Positions 37,810 to 46,438 of a stretch of 64,000 bases of DNA are shown one piece after another; positions within the stretch are counted from its first letter, which is position 1, and every line of letters starts with the position of its first letter. Below the pieces are notes generated by a model. The model searched no databases and was not told the DNA's origin. It saw only the letters and a program-made list of their open reading frames with translations. This DNA comes from Spirochaetia bacterium. GTDB taxonomy: Bacteria; Spirochaetota; Spirochaetia; CAKZLE01. The translations under genes and the position numbers were made by a program. The stretch lies in the NCBI GenBank assembly GCA_963677595.1, contig OY782041.1, positions 608,001-672,000 of the forward strand, given 5' to 3'.

Positions 37810-38817
37810 TCATGCATAGAATTCCGGCATCTTCTCCACTGACATCTGAACGATTGCGCCGCTTTCCCTTGCCTGGGAACATAACTCTGCATTCTTGGAA
37901 GCGAGATACCCATCCCAGGAGTTGGGGCCGTCTACCCTGTCTGCCTTACTGGAATTGATCCAGGCCTGAAGCTCGGTATCATACGCATCAGTGAAGCGCA
38001 CCCTCCAGTCTTCAGGGATGGCTACTGATTCGTAGAAATCGAACTTGATCGTCGGGGTAGCAGGGGTCGGCAGGTTCACTGTACCGTTCTCACAGCAGAC
38101 CTCAGTCTTGATATCATATCCGAAGTTATTGGCAACGAAGATCTCAAGGTCGATCCTGATCCCGGATTCAGTCTCAAGCAGCAGGATCTGCGGGTCATGC
38201 AGTTTTGCATGGGCATTCCGGTTCTTCTTGGGCATGATCACCTGTGCAGAGACATACTCCTCACCAAGGAGCCATCTAAGCACATCAAGCTCATGTACTG
38301 CAGTATTCTCGATCTCCATCTCGGTAGTGTACATGTCAGGGACTGCAGCATTCCTGTGTGCACAGTGCAGCATCAGCGGTTCCCCGAGTCGACCTGAATC
38401 GAGGATCTCCTTCAGCTGGGTATATGATTTATCATATCTTCTCATGTAACCGACCTGGACAAGCTTCTTCCCGCCGGCGATCTCTGCATCGACGATACGA
38501 CGTGCCCCGTCTGCCTTGTCGGCGATCGGCTTCTCACAGAATACGTACTTCCCTGCTTTCAGGGAGGCCATGACATACTGTTCATGGGTCGGGTCCCAGG
38601 ATGTGATGATGACCGCATCGATACCATCATCCGCGATCATTGCTTCCCCGTCCTCGAACACCTTGAGGTCCCACTCGGATGCTATCTTCTTCGCATTCTC
38701 GATATTCACATCGCTGACTGCTACGACTGTACCACCCTGAAGTCGGGCATTGATCCGCTCGATATGTGATTGACCGATCATCCCGGCCCCTACGACGCCA
38801 ATTCTCAAATCACTCAT
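37810..38817 (-). CDS. iolG: Inositol 2-dehydrogenase (Bacillus IolG-like)
   Basis: GAGMIG, FCEKP, VQVGYMRRYD, HCAHRN, AVHELD and YDIKTEV motifs. Confidence 0.9.
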   Translation of the reverse strand: MSDLRIGVVGAGMIGQSHIERINARLQGGTVVAVSDVNIENAKKIASEWDLKVFEDGEAMIADDGIDAVIITSWDPTHEQYVMASLKAGKYVFCEKPIADKADGARRIVDAEIAGGKKLVQVGYMRRYDKSYTQLKEILDSGRLGEPLMLHCAHRNAAVPDMYTTEMEIENTAVHELDVLRWLLGEEYVSAQVIMPKKNRNAHAKLHDPQILLLETESGIRIDLEIFVANNFGYDIKTEVCCENGTVNLPTPATPTIKFDFYESVAIPEDWRVRFTDAYDTELQAWINSSKADRVDGPNSWDGYLASKNAELCSQARESGAIVQMSVEKMPEFYA

Positions 38818-38836
38818 AATAACCACCATCCTTTTA

Positions 38837-38875
38837 ATGTCTTATTATCATATAATGGAAAATACGAATTGTCCA
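38837..38875 (-). promoter_or_regulatory. iolG promoter with overlapping candidate operator
   Basis: On -: TGGACA-17-TATGAT inside ATTATATGATAATAAGACAT. Confidence 0.65.
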
Positions 38876-39009
38876 TCTTTATTTCTAAAAAGGAAATCTC
38901 GTAATCAATCTCACCTGTCAGGAACAAGCTTATGGGATAGTCTGGGATCCCCAGGGCGGCTGAGGACCCAGCTATCGTTAGATGATCATGAAAAACAGGC
39001 TCACAGAGA

Positions 39010-40944
39010 TCAATACTGACGTGCCTTGTCAATATTCTCTTTCATCTCCTTGAATGCCTTCTGGACTGATTCGGAACGTGATACCTCTGCAGTACCAACC
39101 CTCCACCAGCCCAGATATCCGTTCGACATGGTCTTGGGAAGGACTTTTACATCGATGAGCGTCGATACCGTCTGTGTCTTCGCATCACGAAGGGCCTCTA
39201 CCAACTCCTGCTCACTTTTCACGGTGTAGGTCTTACATCCGTAAGCCTCAGCACTCTTGGCGAAGTCTATGGCAACCAGGGAGCCATCGAGCTTGCCTGT
39301 CTTCGGGTTTCTATGCCGCATCTCTGTCCCGAAACTACCGGATCCATTCTCCATCTGCAGGTTGTTGATGCAGCCGAAACCGATGTTGTCGAACAGGACG
39401 ACATTGATCTTCTGCCCCTCCTGCACGGAGGTGATCAGCTCAGAATGCAGCATGATATACGATCCATCACCGACAAAGGCATACACCTCTTTATCCGGTC
39501 TAGCCAGCTTTGCGCCTAACGTTGCCGCGATCTCATATCCCATGCAGGAATACCCGTATTCCATATGGTAGGTGTCAGCCTGCTTTGGCCTCCACATTCG
39601 CTGCAGGTCACCCGGCAGGCTGCCTGCGGCACCAACTACGATCGCATCGTCATCGAGTTCGGCATCAAGGATTCCCAGGACCCTTGTCTGGGTCAGTTCG
39701 GACCCGAGGACCTCTGCATACTCTGCAAGTTCCTCATCAAGGTCGCCGGGGATCTCAGGGATGAAGTCCCCATCTCTCTTGATGCTGTAAAGTCTCTGGA
39801 GTTCATCAGCCCACTGCTTCCGGACCGTGTCGATATAACTTCGTTCGTAGGAGCTCTTCCAGCCTTCAGCCTTCAGTGCTTCCCTCAGGGCGATCAGGGA
39901 TTCTTTTGCATCCCCTACTACCTGGACAGCATCCAGTTTATATGCATCGAAACTGCAGATGTTCAGGTTCACATATTTGACGTCCGGATTCGAATAGATC
40001 CATTTCGAGGCAGTCGTGAAGTCAGTGTAGCGGGTCCCGACACCGATGACCAGGTCGACCTCGTGGGCGATGGTATTGGCAGCCAGGTTCCCGGTCGTCC
40101 CTACTCCTCCCAGATTCAGGTAATGATCGAAGGGGATAGCACTCTTCCCTGCCTGCGTCTCTGCGAACGGGATACCGAACTCTTCCGCGAAGGCCTGGAA
40201 CTCGGCAGCTGCCTCAGAGTAGCGGACTCCGCCTCCACAGATCAGCATGACCTTCTTCCCCTCTTGTATGCGTTTTGCAGCAGCTTCGATCGCAGCCGCT
40301 ACCGGCGGCCTCCGTTCGATCCGGTGCACCCGGCGCTGGAAGAAATGTTCAGGGTAATCATAAGCTTCTCCCTGCACGTCCTGCGGGAGGGCGATGGTGA
40401 CAGTCCCAGTCTCAGCAGGGTCTGTCAACACACGCATCGCACTGATCGCAGCAGACATGAGCTGCTCAGGCCTGGTGACTCTGTCCCAGTATTTACTGAT
40501 TGCCCTGAATGCATCATTCGTCGAGATGGACAGGTCAGACGGCTGCTCCATCTGCTGGAGGACAGGGTCAGGCTGGCGGGTAGCGAACACGTCTCCCGGC
40601 AGCAGGAGCAGCGGTATCCTGTTCGCTGTTGCGGTAGCGGCTGCCGTCACCATATTGGCTGATCCCGGACCGACCGAGGCTGAACAGGCAATGATCTGTC
40701 GTCGATGGTTCTGCTTGGCGAAACCAGTGGCGATATGGGCCATTCCCTGTTCATTACGTCCCTGGTACATGATCAGGTCGCCTGGGTTCTCTTCCAGGGC
40801 CTGGCCGATTCCTACGACGTTCCCGTGACCGAAGATCGTGAAGACCCCCTTCACGAATTTCTGCTGTTCTCCGTCAAACTCAACATACTGGTTGTCAAGG
40901 AATCGTATAAGTGCTTGAGCGACTGTTAATCTTACTGTTTTCAT
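39010..40944 (-). CDS. iolD: 3D-(3,5/4)-trihydroxycyclohexane-1,2-dione acylhydrolase
   Basis: [46 protein letters not shown] and GDGSY TPP motif. Confidence 0.97.
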   Translation of the reverse strand: MKTVRLTVAQALIRFLDNQYVEFDGEQQKFVKGVFTIFGHGNVVGIGQALEENPGDLIMYQGRNEQGMAHIATGFAKQNHRRQIIACSASVGPGSANMVTAAATATANRIPLLLLPGDVFATRQPDPVLQQMEQPSDLSISTNDAFRAISKYWDRVTRPEQLMSAAISAMRVLTDPAETGTVTIALPQDVQGEAYDYPEHFFQRRVHRIERRPPVAAAIEAAAKRIQEGKKVMLICGGGVRYSEAAAEFQAFAEEFGIPFAETQAGKSAIPFDHYLNLGGVGTTGNLAANTIAHEVDLVIGVGTRYTDFTTASKWIYSNPDVKYVNLNICSFDAYKLDAVQVVGDAKESLIALREALKAEGWKSSYERSYIDTVRKQWADELQRLYSIKRDGDFIPEIPGDLDEELAEYAEVLGSELTQTRVLGILDAELDDDAIVVGAAGSLPGDLQRMWRPKQADTYHMEYGYSCMGYEIAATLGAKLARPDKEVYAFVGDGSYIMLHSELITSVQEGQKINVVLFDNIGFGCINNLQMENGSGSFGTEMRHRNPKTGKLDGSLVAIDFAKSAEAYGCKTYTVKSEQELVEALRDAKTQTVSTLIDVKVLPKTMSNGYLGWWRVGTAEVSRSESVQKAFKEMKENIDKARQY

Positions 40945-40969
40945 AGAGCCTCTCCAGTGAATTATCTGT

Positions 40970-41008
40970 ATGTCCTATCATCATACAATCGGATAGTCGA
41001 TATGTCCA
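40970..41008 (-). promoter_or_regulatory. iolD promoter with overlapping candidate operator
   Basis: On -: TGGACA-17-TATGAT inside ATTGTATGATGATAGGACAT. Confidence 0.65.
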
Positions 41009-41030
41009 CCTTTATTTTCAGATATTCTGC

Positions 41031-41840
41031 TCAATGATCGTACTTAGCTGTCCTTGCGACTATTTTGGGGTGAACAGCCCTTACATCGCCTCCTTCCTCT
41101 GGAACAGCAATCCCAAGAAGATGCAGTATTCGGTCGAAATGGTCCCAATGGCGTTTCATCGCCATATCAGTCGGCTGGTTCTCCAGTGAGTCGATCATCT
41201 GCGCATGATCCTCAGCAACTGCACCGAGATCATTGATCTTCAGGTAGGTAAGCAGTATCTCGTTCGTCAGGAAAGCCTGCAGGGTATGATACATGCCTAC
41301 GAAGAGCCGGTTCTTCCCTGCCTCGATGATCGTCTCATGGAATGAGTAATCGGCTTGGACCATCTGGTCGACCTCACCGGTCTCTGCGATTTCCCGCATA
41401 TGGTCGATGATCTCCCGCAGCTTAGCAAGGCTCTCGAGAGCAGCTGGTTCCTTCTGCCCAAGATCCTGGATGAAATGGCGGAAGGAGATGAACTCAATAG
41501 CCTCGCGGAGTTCATAGACATCCCGCATATCGTCTTCACCGAGCACGAGGGCCCAAGTGATGGCTTCAAGGGAAATATTCGCCCGGTCCTGGATGAAGGT
41601 ACCTTTTGCTGCCTTGGATTCCACGACCCCGAGATGGTGGAAGACCTTCAGTGCTTCCCGGATAGAGGATCTGCCGACCTGGAACATCTCGGCAAGTTCC
41701 TGCTCGGTTGGCAGCCTGTCACCGGGTTTATATGTCCCTGAAGCGATAAGCTCCTTGACCCGGTCCATCACCTGTCCCACGACCGTATTCTTGTGAATCG
41801 GTTTTTGGATAATGTTCTTTCTGTCTGTTCTTGTGTTCAT
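41031..41840 (-). CDS. GntR/FadR family transcriptional regulator (probable iol regulator)
   Basis: PGDRLPTEQELAEMFQVGRSSIREAL wHTH; FCD domain ADYSFH...N...H. Confidence 0.92.
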   Translation of the reverse strand: MNTRTDRKNIIQKPIHKNTVVGQVMDRVKELIASGTYKPGDRLPTEQELAEMFQVGRSSIREALKVFHHLGVVESKAAKGTFIQDRANISLEAITWALVLGEDDMRDVYELREAIEFISFRHFIQDLGQKEPAALESLAKLREIIDHMREIAETGEVDQMVQADYSFHETIIEAGKNRLFVGMYHTLQAFLTNEILLTYLKINDLGAVAEDHAQMIDSLENQPTDMAMKRHWDHFDRILHLLGIAVPEEGGDVRAVHPKIVARTAKYDH

Positions 41841-42146
41841 GCTGCATGTTATCCTATTTGTGAAATATGGAGAAATTCTCCTAGTAAGATTTCACTACAT
41901 AATTCCCGAACTGTCAACTATTATTTGTCAGACAATAACACTAACACGCAAAAGATCGTGGATTCTACTACCTTTAATAGTGTTCACTCTCGTTTACCCA
42001 AGGTGAGCTTCGCCTTGTTCCGGCACGGTAATTTTAAAAAAAGATTGCATTTTTAAATGTATTGTCATACTATATGATAATACTTGCAAAGCGAGAGCTT
42101 CTTCGGTATCTCTTAGGATAACAATATGGAGAAAGGGAGATATACA

Positions 42147-43052
42147 ATGATTACACTTGACAGCAGTAAGGTTCACCTTGCCTGTGCGCCTATCGCATGG
42201 ACCAATGATGATATGCCCGAACTAGGCGGGAAGAACACCTTTGAACAGACGATCAGCGAGATGGCACTTGCCGGGTTTTCCGGCAGTGAAGTCGGTGGAA
42301 AGTACCCGACAGACAGTGCCATCCTGAACAAGGCTCTCAGTCTGAGGAACATGACCATCTGCAATGCATGGTTCTCGACGGAGTTCACCTCGAAGCCGGC
42401 TGAAGAGACCTACCAGGCATTCACCAAATGGGCTGAATTCCTCAAGTCAGTAGGTGCCCGGGTCATCGGGTGCTCTGAACAGGGAAACTCGATACAGGGG
42501 ACATCAAAACCGGTGTTCTTCGAGAAGCCGGTGTACACCGAGGAAGAATGGGATCGCGTAACCAGCGGTATGAATCGCCTTGGGGCGATCGCCAAGGACC
42601 TGGGAATGAAGTGCAGCTTCCACCATCACATGGGGACCGGGGTCCAGACGCCGAGTGAGATAGATCGGTTCATGGATATGACTAACGATGATGTGTACCT
42701 TCTCTTCGATTCAGGTCATCTGATGTACTCGGAGCAGGACCCAAATGCGGCATATAAGGTCCTGAACACCTATGTGGACAGGGTAGCCCATGTGCACCTG
42801 AAAGACTGCCGGATGGAATTGGTGAAACGGGTCTATGATGAGCGTCTCAGCTTTCTTGACGGCGTCAGGATGGGAACCTTCACGGTCCCTGGGGATGGGG
42901 ACCTTGATTTTGACCCGATCTTCAAGACGCTCCAGGAAGCTTCGTATGAAGGCTGGATGGTCGTTGAGGCTGAGCAGGACCCTGATATAGCGAATCCCTT
43001 CGAGTACGCACTCAAGGCCCGCACCTACATCAGGGAGCATGCCGGACTGTAG
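42147..43052 (+). CDS. iolE: Myo-inosose-2 dehydratase
   Basis: APIAWTNDDMP, HHHMGT, FDSGH, HVHLKD, FTVPGDG and VVEAEQDP motifs. Confidence 0.95.
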   Translation: MITLDSSKVHLACAPIAWTNDDMPELGGKNTFEQTISEMALAGFSGSEVGGKYPTDSAILNKALSLRNMTICNAWFSTEFTSKPAEETYQAFTKWAEFLKSVGARVIGCSEQGNSIQGTSKPVFFEKPVYTEEEWDRVTSGMNRLGAIAKDLGMKCSFHHHMGTGVQTPSEIDRFMDMTNDDVYLLFDSGHLMYSEQDPNAAYKVLNTYVDRVAHVHLKDCRMELVKRVYDERLSFLDGVRMGTFTVPGDGDLDFDPIFKTLQEASYEGWMVVEAEQDPDIANPFEYALKARTYIREHAGL

Positions 43053-43083
43053 CCCGGCCCAGAAAAAAAGGAAGGAGTAACGA

Positions 43084-43902
43084 ATGGGAACTGATATTAA
43101 ATTCGCATTGAATCATATGGTGTGTCCGAGCTTCAGCTATGAGCGGTTCACACAAGGAGCGAAAGCACTGGGCATGTCTGCGGTCGAGTTCCGCAACGAC
43201 ATTGGCGATATGAGTGTGAACAGCATGGAAAGTGCAAAAGCAGCAGGTCAGGCTGCACGTGCAGCAGGACTGAAGGTACTCACGATAAATGCACTCTATC
43301 CCTTCAATATCTGGAACGATGAACGGGCTGATCAGGCAAAAACGATCGGGGACTTTGCCCAAGAACTGGGCGCCCAGGGCCTTGTACTCTGTCCGCTTGT
43401 CGACGCAGACTATGACTTCAGTCAGGAAGATAGACAAGAGCAACTGAAGCAGGCTCTGATCGGTCTCAAGGGGATCCTCCAGGAAAGGAATCTGCAGGGC
43501 TTTGTAGAAGTCCTGGGATTCCCCATCTCCTCCATTCGATTCAAGAGAGATGCTGTCTCGGCGATCAGGGAACTTGGGTTCGAGGGCACATTCGCCCTGG
43601 TACACGACACATTCCACCATAAAGTTGCTGGTGAGGAAGAGTTCTTTGCAGGGAATACTGGCCTGGTTCATATCTCGGGGGTCGAAGACACAACTGTCGC
43701 CTACGACCAGATGCAGGATTCCCACCGTATCCTGATCGGGGATCAGGACCGCCTCGATAACGCCGGGCAGATCAAGACGCTCGCTGAAGGCGGGTATGAG
43801 GGGTATTTCTCATTCGAGCCGTTCAGCGAACCCGTTTGGAACCTGGAAGACCCGATCGGAGCGACACGGGAGAGCATGGACTTCATCCTCTCGAAGCTCT
43901 GA
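43084..43902 (+). CDS. IolI-like inosose isomerase (TIM barrel)
   Basis: FALNHM, VEFRND, TINALYPFN, VHDTFHH, VHISGV and SFEPF motifs; directly downstream of iolE. Confidence 0.8.
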   Translation: MGTDIKFALNHMVCPSFSYERFTQGAKALGMSAVEFRNDIGDMSVNSMESAKAAGQAARAAGLKVLTINALYPFNIWNDERADQAKTIGDFAQELGAQGLVLCPLVDADYDFSQEDRQEQLKQALIGLKGILQERNLQGFVEVLGFPISSIRFKRDAVSAIRELGFEGTFALVHDTFHHKVAGEEEFFAGNTGLVHISGVEDTTVAYDQMQDSHRILIGDQDRLDNAGQIKTLAEGGYEGYFSFEPFSEPVWNLEDPIGATRESMDFILSKL

Positions 43903-43983
43903 TACAGATGTTTTCACCTGAATGCTATGGACAATCCTGAAAAAGGAATCTAAGCTGACACAAAACAGTGTATTGGAGTACAT

Positions 43984-44736
43984 ATGATCCCACAGATCGT
44001 TCAGGACCACTGGCTCGTCTTAGCTGTAGCCGGATTCATCATCGGCCTTGACAAGGGAGGCATAAAGCCTCTAATCATCGTCGCGATCTATCTGATCACC
44101 AGCATCATGGAACCAAGCATGATGCTGGCTGCTCTTGCACCGGTGATGTTCATCGGTGATATCTTCCCAGCCATTCACTACAGGAAAGACACTAACATCG
44201 CTGTGGTCTTGAGATTCCTGCCATGGGTGACTGTCGGCCTGGCTGTAGGTGCCCTTATTGGGATGAGACTCTCGGAGCAGGTGTTCGGGGTCCTGGTCGC
44301 AGGGATCATCCTGGTCATGAGCCTCATCCTCACCCGTCTGGAATTCCGTCCTTCAAAAACGAGATCGGCATCTCCTGGCTGGATCAGTGCCGGGCTTGGC
44401 CCTGTTGCCGGGTTCAGTTCCATCATAGGCAATATCGCATCCGGGGTCACCAACATCTATTTCCTTTTGTTCGTACATGACAAGCGCTCATTCATCGGAT
44501 CGAATGCGATACTCTATCTCACACTAAACGGGATGAAACTCATCATCTATGCATTGTTCTGGAAGGTCATATCACCGGAGACTCTCGGGATCTCCATTAG
44601 CCTGGTGCTGCCTATCATCCTCGGCACTGTGCTCGCTACCTATATCGTGAAGCTCTTCCCTGAGAAGGTCTTCAGGATCATCATCCTGTGTTCTGCTTAT
44701 TATGCCGGGATCGCCATGCTGGTGAGGTACCTGTAG
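43984..44736 (+). CDS. Sulfite exporter TauE/SafE family protein
   Basis: GFIIGLDKGG, GFSSIIGNIASG and FIGS motifs; about 8 TM segments. Confidence 0.82.
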   Translation: MIPQIVQDHWLVLAVAGFIIGLDKGGIKPLIIVAIYLITSIMEPSMMLAALAPVMFIGDIFPAIHYRKDTNIAVVLRFLPWVTVGLAVGALIGMRLSEQVFGVLVAGIILVMSLILTRLEFRPSKTRSASPGWISAGLGPVAGFSSIIGNIASGVTNIYFLLFVHDKRSFIGSNAILYLTLNGMKLIIYALFWKVISPETLGISISLVLPIILGTVLATYIVKLFPEKVFRIIILCSAYYAGIAMLVRYL

Positions 44737-44738
44737 GA

Positions 44739-45098
44739 TCAGCTCCCCTGTATGATACCGAAGACCCTCTCCGGGATCCCCTTGAGCTCTTCGTCATCCA
44801 TCCCTGCCGTATTGATCGGCTCGTGGATGGTAAGGGTGACAGGTGTTATGAGCTTCATCCCCTTGCGCTGTTCCATGACCTTATAGGAGTCATGGATCGT
44901 GATCGGGATGATAGTTGCCTTCGCCCTGGTAGCCAGCTTCATGCTGCCTGCCTTGAACTCGCCGAAGTGGTCGCCTTTACTCCTCGTCCCCTCTGGGAAG
45001 ATCACGAGCGGGTGGCCGTTCAGGCAGCGGGATACGGTAGAGAAGCTCACGCTAGCTATCTCTGCGATATCCTTGATCGTTACGCGGTCATGGCTCAT
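44739..45098 (-). pseudogene. Chimeric remnant: LacI HTH N-terminus fused in frame to the C-terminal half of a PlsC-type acyltransferase
   Basis: TIKDIAEIASVSFSTVSRCLN (LacI HTH) joins directly to IFPEGTRS...FKAG...IIPITI (PlsC motifs III/IV). The NHxS-D motif and the LacI core domain are both missing. Confidence 0.85.
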
Positions 45099-46111
45099 CA
45101 GAACTTCTTCATTTCACCCGTCTCAAAGGCCTCCTTACAGGTATATGCTATCTCAGAGACTCTCGTCCCATCGTATACCGTGACCTCGGGCTTTCTGTTT
45201 TCAAGGATACAGTATACAAACTCCTGAAGCTCATTTACATAGGAACTCTCGAATCTCTCGAGAAAATTCTCGCTGCATTCTCGTCTCACACCGGAGGTGT
45301 CAAGGATCTCAACCAGATTCTTCTGCGGTATCGAAGCGATACGCAGGATCCCTTTCGTACCTATGATCTCTGTCTCAACGTTATAGCCGTGGGGGGCAGT
45401 CCGGCCAGCGAAGAGGAATACCATCTCATCATTCCCGAACTGCATGAGGCAGGAGACATTGTCCCCGTCGTTGTACTTTGCGAACTCCTCATGGGCATAA
45501 CACCCGCCGATGGCATAGACGCTCTTCGGCTCGGTCCCAAGGAACCAGCGTGCAAGGTCGATATCATGGACAGCCATGTCGAGGAACTCCCCGCCGCTAT
45601 GACCTGCGAACGCGATCGCTCCGTCAATGAACTTCTCCGGGTCCTGGCTGTAGGAACGGAACAGGACAGGTTTGCCTATCTCCCCATTGACGACCTTATC
45701 GTATGCATACCGGTAGGATTCATCGAACCGTCTCATAAACCCCAGCATGAATACCTGTTCAGGATAGGACTCGACAGCCTTCTCGGCTTTCTTACACTCC
45801 TCGACGGTAGTACCCAGCGGTTTCTCACTGAATACATGCTTGCCGCAGGAGAGTGCCTTCTCTATCTGTGTCGTATGGAGGAACGATGGGGAGACGATAC
45901 AGACCGCATCGATCTCCTCGCTCTCCACCATGGCATCGAAATCAGTGAACCGATGCACAACTCCTAGCCTGTCAGCGGTTGCTTGCATTTTAGCTTCATC
46001 CACATCACAGAGCGCCGTGAGCTCCGCATTCCTGACCCTGTTCGCGATATTCTCCGCATGCTGCAGCCCGAGCCGTCCCAAGCCGACAGAGCCTATACGT
46101 ACTTTCTTCAT
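45098..46111 (-). CDS. iolG: Inositol dehydrogenase-like Gfo/Idh/MocA protein
   Basis: GLGRLG, FSEKPLG, GFMRRFD, SGGEFLDMAVHDID and HGYNVETE motifs. Confidence 0.8.
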   Translation of the reverse strand: MKKVRIGSVGLGRLGLQHAENIANRVRNAELTALCDVDEAKMQATADRLGVVHRFTDFDAMVESEEIDAVCIVSPSFLHTTQIEKALSCGKHVFSEKPLGTTVEECKKAEKAVESYPEQVFMLGFMRRFDESYRYAYDKVVNGEIGKPVLFRSYSQDPEKFIDGAIAFAGHSGGEFLDMAVHDIDLARWFLGTEPKSVYAIGGCYAHEEFAKYNDGDNVSCLMQFGNDEMVFLFAGRTAPHGYNVETEIIGTKGILRIASIPQKNLVEILDTSGVRRECSENFLERFESSYVNELQEFVYCILENRKPEVTVYDGTRVSEIAYTCKEAFETGEMKKF

Positions 46112-46438
46112 ATCATTAATCCTTCCTCATCTTCAGACTGATAACTACTACCACCACTGCCACGATGATCTCGACAACCGCAAGACTAGAAATAAACCCG
46201 GTGTATGCATAACTCAGAACCATATGGGCTTACTTTTCTGCATATCGCATCCATCCGATTCATCTATTTTCAAACGTTTACATTATTATTGCTAAAGATC
46301 CAATTTGCATGGATATTGAATAATCTCTATAAATCAAGAAACAAGAACTACCCTGACAAATACATACAACATGTCTGTTTAAGCTAATAATTTCATTGTT
46401 GGAAACTACTGTATTATGAAGCATCGGTTGTTAGAGAA

